From Thermoanaerobaculia bacterium (GTDB lineage Bacteria > Acidobacteriota > Thermoanaerobaculia > UBA5066 > Gp7-AA6): DNA of 64,000 nt. The stretch is taken from positions 299 through 64,298 of the forward strand of contig JBBRDK010000007.1 in the NCBI GenBank assembly GCA_038203955.1, in the 5' to 3' direction. The number at the start of each line of letters is the position of its first letter. Within the stretch, counting starts at the first letter, position 1. The notes below the pieces were generated by a model. The model did no database searches, was not told where the DNA came from, and saw nothing but the letters and a program-made list of their open reading frames with translations. Below are positions 1 through 7,754 of the stretch, piece after piece. The translations under genes and the position numbers were made by a program.

Positions 1-752
1 AGCGCGAGCGCGTCTCGCTCGTCCAGGAGGCTCTCGTCGGCGGCAACGCGGGAGCGCCAGCGTTCCGGCAGCCGCCTCAAACCGTCGTTCTCGCGGGGCA
101 CGGGCTGTTCCAGAAATTCGACCGCGTCGCCTGCGGCTTCCAGGAAACGGACGGCTTCGGCGGGCGTGTATCCCACGTTCGCATCGGCGCGCAGCCGGAC
201 CGTGGAGCCGAAGCGCTCGTGCAGGCGGCGGATCAGGGCGATGTCTTCTTCGAGCGCTTCCCCGACCTTCACCTTCAGGATGCGGAATCCGCGCCCGACC
301 AGCGCCTGCGCGAGCGCGACGGCCTCGTCCGGGGCCTGGATGCCGATCGTGACGGAGGTTGAGAGGCTGGCGTGGACGCGCCCGAGCGCGTCCGCCAGCG
401 GGACGCCGAGCCGCCGCGCGAACAGGTCGTGAAGCGCCATGTCGACCGCCGCGAGCGCGCCGGGAGAGCCTTGCGTGCGCCGGCCCGCTTCTTCGCAGAG
501 CGCGCCGAGGCGGAGAGGGTCCCATCCGCGCATCCAGGCGAGGGAACTTTCCGCGAGGCTCTCAGCGCACGCGTCCGCCGTTTCGCCCGTGACGGAGAGT
601 TCGGGCGTCGCGGCTCCGAGTCCGGCGACTCCCTCGTCGGTCTCGATCTCGAGGAGGAATATCTCGATCGCTTCCGTCGACCTCCCGGCGACGCGGTACG
701 GCAGGCGCAGGGGAACATGCTCCCGGCGAACCCGCGTGCCGAGGATCTTCAC
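1..752 (-). CDS. Enolase-superfamily dipeptide epimerase / N-acyl-amino-acid racemase; 3' end lies beyond the window
   Basis: Hand translation of the minus strand from GTG(752): VKILGTRVRREHVPLRLPYRVAGRSTEAIEIFLLEIETDEGVAGLG...AAVDMALHDLFARRLGVPLADALG...GFRILKVKVGEALEEDIALIRRLHERFGSTVRLRADANVGYTPAEAVRFL...FLEQPVP...AADESL. The KVKVG, RxDAN, EQP and DES motifs fit MR/MLE-type enzymes. It is missing from the ORF track only because its stop is left of position 1. GTGA overlap with the upstream stop. Confidence 0.75.
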   Translation of the reverse strand, partial: MKILGTRVRREHVPLRLPYRVAGRSTEAIEIFLLEIETDEGVAGLGAATPELSVTGETADACAESLAESSLAWMRGWDPLRLGALCEEAGRRTQGSPGALAAVDMALHDLFARRLGVPLADALGRVHASLSTSVTIGIQAPDEAVALAQALVGRGFRILKVKVGEALEEDIALIRRLHERFGSTVRLRADANVGYTPAEAVRFLEAAGDAVEFLEQPVPRENDGLRRLPERWRSRVAADESLLDERDALA

Positions 753-1816
753 GCGGTCTCTTCCGCGACGAACTTCCGGACCGCGGCGACGAGCGGTTCG
801 ACTCCGTCCTCGAGCGGGCAGACGACGGGAATTCCGAGCCGCGACGCGAGCGTGTCGCGGACCTCCTCGCGTCGGGCGCCTTCGAGGCCGTGCGTGTTGA
901 GCGCCACGCCGAGGGTGCGGGCGCCGTAGGAGCCGATCAGCGCGATCTCGTCTTCCAGGGGAGGAATGGGAAATCCCAGGCCCTCGAGCCCCTCGAACTC
1001 CGCCCGGGCCGGCGCGTGCTGCAGAACCGCGGCGCGCGCGCCCCCGGAAAGCAGAAGCTCGGAACCGCAGGGCCCGGAAGGGTTGCGCAGCGCCGACTGC
1101 CCTTCGAGAAAGATGACGTCCGGCCGGGTCTCGCGGGCGCAGGCGAGCACGGCGCGCTCGAGCTCGCCCGATACGAAGTCGTTCGGCGTGGCGTCGAGCA
1201 GGAACCCCCATCGGCCTCCCTGGAGCCAGCCGGTCTGTCCCGTGAAGACCATTTCGGCGCGCAGCCCCGAGCGCCGGCACGCCTCCGTGAGCAGCCGCGC
1301 GGTCGTGCGCTTTCCGACGGCGCAGTCGGTTCCGAGGACCGCGATCCGCGGGATCGCCAGCTTGCGGATCTCGCCCGTCCAGAAGTGCAGCTCGGAGACC
1401 GGCCGCGGCCGGCGCACGTCGGTGATCGAGACTCCGCGCCGCCGCGCCGCCTCCGCCAGGGCCGGGTCGTCGGAGACCAGCTCGTGCAGGCCGTTGACGA
1501 TCGAGAGGCCGGAGTCGATCGCCTCGGCGATCGCGGCCTTCAAGTCCGGCGGGATCCGGCCGCCGGATGTGGCGATTCCGACTACGGCGAAGTCGGGGCG
1601 GTCGGGAAGAGCGTCCAGAGCGTCGGGAATCGAGGCGAAGACCGGAATGTCCCGCGAGGCGCCATCGAGCAGGCGGCCGGCGTCTTCGCCGGGACAGGAG
1701 GAGTCGACGATTCCGACGACGCGATACCGGTCCGTCCCGCGAACGAGGCCATGGGCCGTCTTTCCGTTGTCGGTCCGAAAGTCCGTGCCGCAGAGGACGA
1801 GCGCGGTGCCGTCCAT
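749..1816 (-). CDS. DUF1611 family protein (DgcN-like putative D-glutamate N-acetyltransferase)
   Basis: 355-aa ORF with the GTDCAVGKRTT and EGQSALRNPSG segments typical of DUF1611. Translationally coupled to an enolase-type epimerase, the usual DUF1611 partner. Confidence 0.75.
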   Translation of the reverse strand: MDGTALVLCGTDFRTDNGKTAHGLVRGTDRYRVVGIVDSSCPGEDAGRLLDGASRDIPVFASIPDALDALPDRPDFAVVGIATSGGRIPPDLKAAIAEAIDSGLSIVNGLHELVSDDPALAEAARRRGVSITDVRRPRPVSELHFWTGEIRKLAIPRIAVLGTDCAVGKRTTARLLTEACRRSGLRAEMVFTGQTGWLQGGRWGFLLDATPNDFVSGELERAVLACARETRPDVIFLEGQSALRNPSGPCGSELLLSGGARAAVLQHAPARAEFEGLEGLGFPIPPLEDEIALIGSYGARTLGVALNTHGLEGARREEVRDTLASRLGIPVVCPLEDGVEPLVAAVRKFVAEETA

Positions 1817-3205
1817 TCAGGCCGGCCGCGCGGCGCCCGTCCGGCGCCACCAGAGGTACGCCGGAAGGCCGGCGACGAGGATGCCGAGTCCGATGACGGA
1901 CTCAACGGGCTTCTCGAGCAGCGTGTTTCCGACGAAGACGAGACAGACGGCCACGAACACCAGCGGGATCCAGGGGTATCCGGGAACGCGGAAGGGCCGC
2001 GGCTCGTCCGGCCGGCTGCGGCGCAGCACGATGACCGCGACGCCCGTCACGGCGTGGAAGAGGAAGATCGCGAAGATCACGTAGGTATACAGCTGCTCGT
2101 ACGTCCCCGAAAACGTCAACGCAATGCCCCACGCGCCCTGAGCGATCAGGCTCGCGCCCGGGGTGTGATGCTTCGGATGGACGCGCCCGAGTGCTTCGAA
2201 AAACAGGCCGTCGCGCGACATCGGCAGGTAGATCCGGGCGCAGTAGAGGACCGTCGTCGCCAGGCACCCGAAGATCGAGATGAGCACGAGGGCCGTCATG
2301 AGCCGACCGCCTCCGGGGCCGAAAAGCGCGAGCGCGCTCGCTTCGGCGACCCGCGGCGTCTTTGCCAGTACCGCGACGGGGAGGGCCCGGAGGTAGACGA
2401 CGTTGACGAGCAGGTAGATGCCCGTGACGGCCGCGGTCCCGACAATCAATCCGATCGGAAGCGACTTTTCCGGCTTTCTCATCTCACCGGCGAGAAACGT
2501 GGCGCCGTACCAGCCGTCGTACGTCCACAGCACGGCGATCATGCCGACGCCGGCCGCGGCGAAGCCGGTTGGAAAGAGGGAGCCGGTGTGCGCGAACGCT
2601 CCCGGCCGGGCCGGAAGGAAGAGACCCACGACGCCGAGGAGGACGAGCGACAGGATCTTCGCGGCGGTGATCGCGTTCTGGAAGCGCGTGCCGGCGCGAA
2701 CGCCCGCGTAGTTGATCGCGGTCAGTCCGGCGATCGCGATGGCCCCTGCGAGCTGCGCGCCGGTCGCCGTCCAGACGAAGGATCCGATCGGTACGCTCCA
2801 GAGCCGGTGCGCGCTCGAGAAAAACGGGAGGAACGCGCCGAGATACTCACCGAACCCGACGGCCAGCACGGCGATCCCGCCCGTCATCATCACGAAGAAG
2901 GCGCCCCAGCCGTACAGGAACCCGGAGAGGGGGCCATACGCTTCCTTCAGGTAATGGTACTGGCCACCGGCGCGCGGAAACATCGCCCCGAGCTCCGCAT
3001 AGGTCAACGCCCCCGCCAGCGCGAGGATGCCGCCCCCCACCCACAGGAGGAGAATCCCGCGCGGGTCCGGAACGGCCTTCGCGATTTCCGAGGTCGTCAG
3101 GAAGATGCCGGTCCCGAGGGTCGCGCCGACCGTGACGAGAATGGCGTCCGTCGTCGAAAGCGCCCGTTCGAGGCGGGGCTCCTCTCCCGGCGACGGCGTG
3201 GTCAT
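1817..3205 (-). CDS. APC-superfamily amino acid permease
   Basis: 462-aa ORF that is hydrophobic throughout. N-terminal LSTTDAILVTVGATLGTGIF region typical of amino-acid/polyamine/organocation transporters. Its stop abuts the DUF1611 start. Confidence 0.85.
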   Translation of the reverse strand: MTTPSPGEEPRLERALSTTDAILVTVGATLGTGIFLTTSEIAKAVPDPRGILLLWVGGGILALAGALTYAELGAMFPRAGGQYHYLKEAYGPLSGFLYGWGAFFVMMTGGIAVLAVGFGEYLGAFLPFFSSAHRLWSVPIGSFVWTATGAQLAGAIAIAGLTAINYAGVRAGTRFQNAITAAKILSLVLLGVVGLFLPARPGAFAHTGSLFPTGFAAAGVGMIAVLWTYDGWYGATFLAGEMRKPEKSLPIGLIVGTAAVTGIYLLVNVVYLRALPVAVLAKTPRVAEASALALFGPGGGRLMTALVLISIFGCLATTVLYCARIYLPMSRDGLFFEALGRVHPKHHTPGASLIAQGAWGIALTFSGTYEQLYTYVIFAIFLFHAVTGVAVIVLRRSRPDEPRPFRVPGYPWIPLVFVAVCLVFVGNTLLEKPVESVIGLGILVAGLPAYLWWRRTGAARPA

Positions 3206-3213
3206 GACGAAGA

Positions 3214-3280
3214 GTTCTCAGTAATCAGTTTTCAGTTTTCAGTGGAATCGACTGACGACTGAGAACTGACAACTGAGAAC
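3214..3280. repeat. Inverted pair of heptamer arrays (TCAGTNN x4 / NNACTGA x4) giving a hairpin with 30-nt arms and a 7-nt loop
   Basis: Left arm 3214-3243 gttctcagtaatcagttttcagttttcagt, loop ggaatcg, right arm 3251-3280 actgacgactgagaactgacaactgagaac. Hand pairing gives 25 Watson-Crick pairs, 2 G:U pairs and 3 mismatches, and every non-Watson-Crick position falls at the variable positions of the units. The right arm touches the SBP stop codon (3280-3282). Confidence 0.85.
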
Positions 3281-4386
3281 TACTCGGCCTTCCCGCTGCC
3301 GGGCTCGTACTTCCACGCCTTCTGGCGCTCCGCCGCGTCGGCGAAACGGGTATCGACGTACTCCGAGAACGGGATCTTGCGGTCGAGGACGCGGGTCTCG
3401 ATCATCAGGTCCCGGACCATGTCGAAGTCCGGCTTGCGCGGCGAGAGGCTCGTGTACGTGACGCGGTCGAGCGGCATCGTGAGCGCGTGGCGCAGGAGCG
3501 CGGGGGGCTGACGGTAGTAATAGCGGCCGACGAAATCCGCGGCGTGCTCCCGGTGGGGCTTGCCTTCGTCCAGCCAGAGGCCCGAGCGCGCGATCCCGTC
3601 GACGAGCACCTGGACGGCGTCCGGGCGCGTGTCGATGACGTCCTGCCTCACGACGACGACGCAGGACATGTAATCGGGCCAGTACTCGCGCGCCGGAAAG
3701 AGAATACGGCCGAAGCCGCCGATCTCCGCCTGGGCGGGATACGGCTCGCCCATGGAGAAGGCGTCGATCGCCTTCGCCGCGAGCGCCCCCGGGACGTCGG
3801 GCGGCGCCATCTCGATCATGCGCACGTTCTCGGGCGGGATGCCGTTGGCCTTCAGGGCCTTGAAGACGATGAGGCGTTCGTCGGAGAACCGGCTGGGAAT
3901 CGCGATGATGCGTCCCCGCAGGTCCTTTACGGAGTGGATCGGGCCATTCTTCTGGACGACGACGGCGCTTCCGTACCGATGCCCGAGATAGACGATTTTG
4001 ATCGGCACGCCCTGGGCGCGCAGCGCGATCGCCATCGGAGCCACCATGAATCCCACCTGCATGCGGTTGGAGATCAGCGCCTCCTTGATCTCCGGAAACC
4101 CCTGGAACATGCGGGGAATGAAGAGATTTCCCGCGAGCGAATACCTCGAGATGAAATCCGTCACAGGGCACGCGAGGTGGCAGGTCACCGGGATGTACGC
4201 CACGTTCAGCTTCCGCCGGGAAGGCGGCAGGCGCTGATTCACGATTGAGGACCAGTCGACGTTCAGCGCCATGTGCGCCCCGGTCAACGCGGCGGTCCAG
4301 AGGAGCGCGCCGGCGGCCAGCCGCCGGCCGATGCGGACCGGCCGGCGATCGCGGGTCACCTCAGGAGGCGGCGATGCCGCCGTCAT
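3280..4386 (-). CDS. ABC transporter substrate-binding protein, NMT1/THI5-like (NitT/TauT family)
   Basis: ORF track gives 3280..4404. I prefer ATG 4386 because it makes an ATGA overlap with the permease stop at 4383-4385. Signal/anchor-like AAGALLWTAALTGA followed by an SsuA/TauA-like body. Confidence 0.75.
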   Translation of the reverse strand: MTAASPPPEVTRDRRPVRIGRRLAAGALLWTAALTGAHMALNVDWSSIVNQRLPPSRRKLNVAYIPVTCHLACPVTDFISRYSLAGNLFIPRMFQGFPEIKEALISNRMQVGFMVAPMAIALRAQGVPIKIVYLGHRYGSAVVVQKNGPIHSVKDLRGRIIAIPSRFSDERLIVFKALKANGIPPENVRMIEMAPPDVPGALAAKAIDAFSMGEPYPAQAEIGGFGRILFPAREYWPDYMSCVVVVRQDVIDTRPDAVQVLVDGIARSGLWLDEGKPHREHAADFVGRYYYRQPPALLRHALTMPLDRVTYTSLSPRKPDFDMVRDLMIETRVLDRKIPFSEYVDTRFADAAERQKAWKYEPGSGKAE

Positions 4387-5150
4387 GCCGCGCGGAAGCC
4401 CCACCGGACGGAGCGCAGCCGCTCGACCCGGCGCATCAGAACGTTCAAGCCGACGCCGATCACGCCGATCAGGATCATCGCCGCGACGACGAGGTCATAG
4501 CGCTTCCCCGCGTTGCGCGAGTCGATCACGAGATAGCCGAGGCCGGAGTCCACGGCGATCATCTCGGCGGCGACGACGACGAGCCAGGCGATCCCGAGCG
4601 CGATCCGGAGTCCGGTCAGCACCTGCGGGAGGGCCGCCGGCAGCATCACCCGCCAGAGACGCTCGACCGGCGAGAGGTCGAAGTTGCGCCCGGCCAGCAG
4701 GTACATCGCCGGGATCCCCCGAACGCCGTTCATGGTCGCGACGACGATCGGAAAGAACGACGCTAAGAAGATCAGGAAGATCGTCGCGAAGTTCGAGATG
4801 CCGAAGAGGACGATCGAGACCGGGATCCAGGCGAGCGGGCTGATGGGCCGCAGCAGCTGGATCACCGGATTGACGGCCCGGGCGCCGATGGGCGACCAGC
4901 CGAGAAGGAGTCCGGTCGGGATCCCGAGCGCCAGCGCCAGCCCGTAGCCCGAGGCCACGCGGAAGAGGGAGTCGGCCGCATAGCGGAAGAGGACGCCGCG
5001 GCGCGCGAGCTCGGCGAACCCGGCCGCGACCGCCAGCGGCGAGGGAAAAACCGAAGTCTTCGTCCACCGGACTGCGACGTGCCAGGCGACGAGAGCGAAG
5101 ACCGCCGTCAGAGTCGGCCAGAGGATCCTTTCGAACGAGCGCGACTGCAC
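4383..5150 (-). CDS. ABC transporter permease (NitT/TauT family)
   Basis: 255 aa with multiple TM segments and a conserved loop AGRNFDLSPVERLWRVMLPAALPQ. Confidence 0.85.
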   Translation of the reverse strand: MQSRSFERILWPTLTAVFALVAWHVAVRWTKTSVFPSPLAVAAGFAELARRGVLFRYAADSLFRVASGYGLALALGIPTGLLLGWSPIGARAVNPVIQLLRPISPLAWIPVSIVLFGISNFATIFLIFLASFFPIVVATMNGVRGIPAMYLLAGRNFDLSPVERLWRVMLPAALPQVLTGLRIALGIAWLVVVAAEMIAVDSGLGYLVIDSRNAGKRYDLVVAAMILIGVIGVGLNVLMRRVERLRSVRWGFRAA

Positions 5151-5165
5151 GGTTCGTGAGGTCCG

Positions 5166-5945
5166 TCAGATACGGTGGGCCAGGCCGATTTCTTCGAAGA
5201 TGCCGTCGCGCAGCTCGAGATACCGCCTCGAGGACAGGTCACGGGGATGAGGGAGGTCGATCGTGACGACACGGCGGATCGTCGCGGGCCGGGCGGACAT
5301 CACGATCACGCGGTCGGCGAGCTGCACCGATTCGTCGATGTCGTGAGTCACGAAGAGAATCGTCTTCTTCTCCGCGCCCCAGATCCGCAGAAGCTCCGAC
5401 CGCATGACGAGCCGGGTGATGGAGTCCAAAGCGCCGAATGGCTCGTCGAGATAGAGCATGTCCGGGTTGACCGCGAGCGCGCGCGCGACCTCGACGCGCT
5501 GCTTCATTCCGCCCGAGAGCTCCTGGGGATAGGCGTTCTCGAACCCGGCCAGCCCGACCAGGCCGACGTAGTGGGCGATGCGCCTTGCCCGTTCCGCCTC
5601 GGGAAGGCGTCCGAGCCCGAAGCCGATGTTTCCCTCGACGGTCAACCAGGGGAAGACGCCGCGCTCCTGGAACACGAAGATCCGCCGCGGATCGGGGCCC
5701 GAGACCGGCTCCCCGTCGATCGTGACGGAGCCCGCCGTCGGCGTCAGGAAACCCCCGACGACGTTCAAAAGGGTCGACTTGCCGCAGCCGGACGGGCCGA
5801 GGATGCAGACGAGCTCTCCCTCGCGGACGTCGAGGTCGATGTCGTGAAGAACGGGCGTTTCCTTCCCCTCGGCGCGGAAGGTCATCTCGAGCCCGCGGAT
5901 CGAGAGCTTCGCGCGGTCGGGCGCGATTTCGGTGGCCGGCTTCAT
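5166..5945 (-). CDS. ABC transporter ATP-binding protein
   Basis: Walker A GPSGCGKST, signature LSGGMKQRV, Walker B LYLDEPFGALD, H-loop VTHD. Confidence 0.9.
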   Translation of the reverse strand: MKPATEIAPDRAKLSIRGLEMTFRAEGKETPVLHDIDLDVREGELVCILGPSGCGKSTLLNVVGGFLTPTAGSVTIDGEPVSGPDPRRIFVFQERGVFPWLTVEGNIGFGLGRLPEAERARRIAHYVGLVGLAGFENAYPQELSGGMKQRVEVARALAVNPDMLYLDEPFGALDSITRLVMRSELLRIWGAEKKTILFVTHDIDESVQLADRVIVMSARPATIRRVVTIDLPHPRDLSSRRYLELRDGIFEEIGLAHRI

Positions 5946-6742
5946 GCCGCCTCCGCTTCGACGGGAGTCTGGTAGCCCCAGCTGGCGGCGGGAAGGCGCT
6001 CGAGCCGGCGCATGGCGAGGTCGAGGCAGACGCCGATGGCCCCGATCAGGACCATGCCCGCGACGACGAGGTCATATCGGTTGCCGGCGTTGCGCGCGTC
6101 GATGATCAGGAACCCCAGCCCCGAGTTGACGGCGATCATCTCCGCGGCCACCACGACGAGCCACGCGATTCCGAGGGTCAACCGGAGCCCGACGATCAGC
6201 TGCGGGAGGATCGCCGGGGCCAGAACCTTTCGAGCCAGGTCCACCGGAGAGAGCCCGAAGTTGCGTCCCGCGTTCCAATGCGTCGCGGTGACGCTTCCGA
6301 CCGCGTTCATGGCCGTGAGCGTCAGCGGGAGAATCGAGGCGAGGAAGATGATGAAAATCGCGGCGGGATCTCCCACACCGAACCAGAGTATCGCGATGGG
6401 AATCCAGGCGAGGGGAGAGATCGGCCGCAGCAGCTCGAGCAGAGGCGCGACGGCCATCTCCGCGCGGCGGCGCCAGCCGAGGAAGATCCCGAGAGGGACT
6501 CCGACGGCGACGGCCATCAGGTAACCCCACGTCACGCGGAAAAGCGAAGCGACGACGTGTTTGACGAGAAACCCCTTCTGCGCGAGCTCCGCGATCGCGG
6601 CCGCCACCTTCCACGGCCCCGGAAGAAGCGTATTTCCGGCGAGCGCAATCGCGGCGCTCCAGAGCACGACGAGCAGCACTAGCCCGGAGCACGAGACGAG
6701 GAGGCGTCCTCCGGCCGATGTCCGCGCGCGTCCTGGATCCAT
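5942..6742 (-). CDS. ABC transporter permease, second copy
   Basis: The track ORF runs to 6955, but its first ~30 residues are the reverse translation of tRNA-Asp. The first plausible start is ATG 6742 (MDPGRARTS...). Paralogous to 4383..5150 (AGRNFGLSPVDLARKVLAPAILPQ). ATGA overlap with the ATPase start. Confidence 0.8.
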   Translation of the reverse strand: MDPGRARTSAGGRLLVSCSGLVLLVVLWSAAIALAGNTLLPGPWKVAAAIAELAQKGFLVKHVVASLFRVTWGYLMAVAVGVPLGIFLGWRRRAEMAVAPLLELLRPISPLAWIPIAILWFGVGDPAAIFIIFLASILPLTLTAMNAVGSVTATHWNAGRNFGLSPVDLARKVLAPAILPQLIVGLRLTLGIAWLVVVAAEMIAVNSGLGFLIIDARNAGNRYDLVVAGMVLIGAIGVCLDLAMRRLERLPAASWGYQTPVEAEAA

Positions 6743-6830
6743 GCGTCGAGGCCCCCGATGTCGGCCGTCATCGGCTCCGCCACTGGACGGGCGGGCGGCG
6801 ATGCGGCCGGGTTTTCCGAAGCCCGCGAGT

Positions 6831-6860
6831 GTAGCAGGGACCGCCGGACCTGTGTATGAT
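6831..6860 (+). promoter_or_regulatory. Possible tRNA-Asp promoter
   Basis: Extended -10-like tgtgTATGAT at 6851-6860, a weak -35-like gtagca upstream, and a GC-rich discriminator before the tRNA 5' end. Pattern match only. Confidence 0.25.
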
Positions 6861-6877
6861 TCGCGCTCTTCGACCGC

Positions 6878-6954
<77 letters not shown>

Positions 6955-7120
6955 CTCACGAATCGACCAGGAGAGAGAAGGGCGACCCGGCTGCAGCCGG
7001 AGGTCGAAGCGCGCCTCTCGTTTCGTCTCGTTCGCGGGAGGGAGGAGACGCGGCGGAATGTCGCGCCTTCGACCCTTCCGGGCGGACGCGTGGTTCCCGC
7101 CGTGGCCGCGTCGTCGATCG

Positions 7121-7726
7121 TCAGCCTGCCTTTCGCCTCGCCGCCGCCACCGCCCGGCGCCGGATCACAGGCGCGAGAGCGAAGGTGAATTCGTGCGGTC
7201 TTCGATGCGCCGTTTTTCGGCCCGGGGCCGGCCGGAGCAGATCGATGAGCCGCGCCAGATGCCGGTTGAATTCTTCGAGATCGGCGTCCGACAGCCATCC
7301 TTTCCAGTGCGTGGCCCACAGATTCCGCCGGGGGCCGTGGGTTTCTGCCGCGTCGGGATGACACGCTCTCAGGAAACCGCGAGTACCGCTGCGCAGACGC
7401 GCGCGCGCGAGCGCGAGGACGGCCCGTCGTGAACGCTCGGTGCTGAGATCGAATCGAACCGACAGGGGACGCCCGGGCAGGTCGTAGACGGCCGTCGTCT
7501 TCGTTCGTTCGCCGGAGCGATGACTTTCGAGAAGAAGGCCGCAGTCCCGCAGCGCCCGGATGTGGTAGTACAGGGAGTGCCGGGACCGTCCGATGAACCG
7601 CGCCAGGTCGGGCACGGTGCACGGCCCCAGGAGCCCCACGGCGTCGATGATTTCCTCCCGGCCGGGGGAGGCGATGGCCAGAAGCTGCTTGCGCGAGGTG
7701 ACGACAAAGGGTTTGATCATGGTCAT
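7121..7726 (-). CDS. ArsR-family winged-helix transcriptional regulator
   Basis: Track ORF is 7121..7798, but its first 24 codons lie in AT-rich promoter DNA, so I place the start at ATG 7726 (or 7720). HTH segment IIDAVGLLGPCTVPDLARFIGRSRHSLYYHIRALRDCGLL. Confidence 0.7.
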   Translation of the reverse strand: MTMIKPFVVTSRKQLLAIASPGREEIIDAVGLLGPCTVPDLARFIGRSRHSLYYHIRALRDCGLLLESHRSGERTKTTAVYDLPGRPLSVRFDLSTERSRRAVLALARARLRSGTRGFLRACHPDAAETHGPRRNLWATHWKGWLSDADLEEFNRHLARLIDLLRPAPGRKTAHRRPHEFTFALAPVIRRRAVAAARRKAG

Positions 7727-7729
7727 AAA

Positions 7730-7753
7730 GTAAAATATTTCGATATGTTTTAC
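7730..7753. promoter_or_regulatory. 24-bp imperfect palindrome in the 28-bp divergent ArsR/hydrolase intergenic region (candidate operator)
   Basis: GTAAAATATTTC|GATATGTTTTAC. The half-sites match 10/12 after reverse complementing. Lies in a short, strongly AT-rich island. Confidence 0.35.
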
Positions 7754-7754
7754 A

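Noticed and set aside
890-3262. 790-aa plus-strand ORF, and similar giants: 11042..13417, 26390..28915, 51187..53697, 56074..58356, 61192..63219, 14872..16209, 16270..17979, 41688..43361, 42068..43648, 20750..22363
   Set aside because: They are Arg/Gly/Asp/Pro-rich low-complexity translations lying antisense or out of frame to genes with clear family motifs. This is the typical open-frame artefact of high-G+C DNA.
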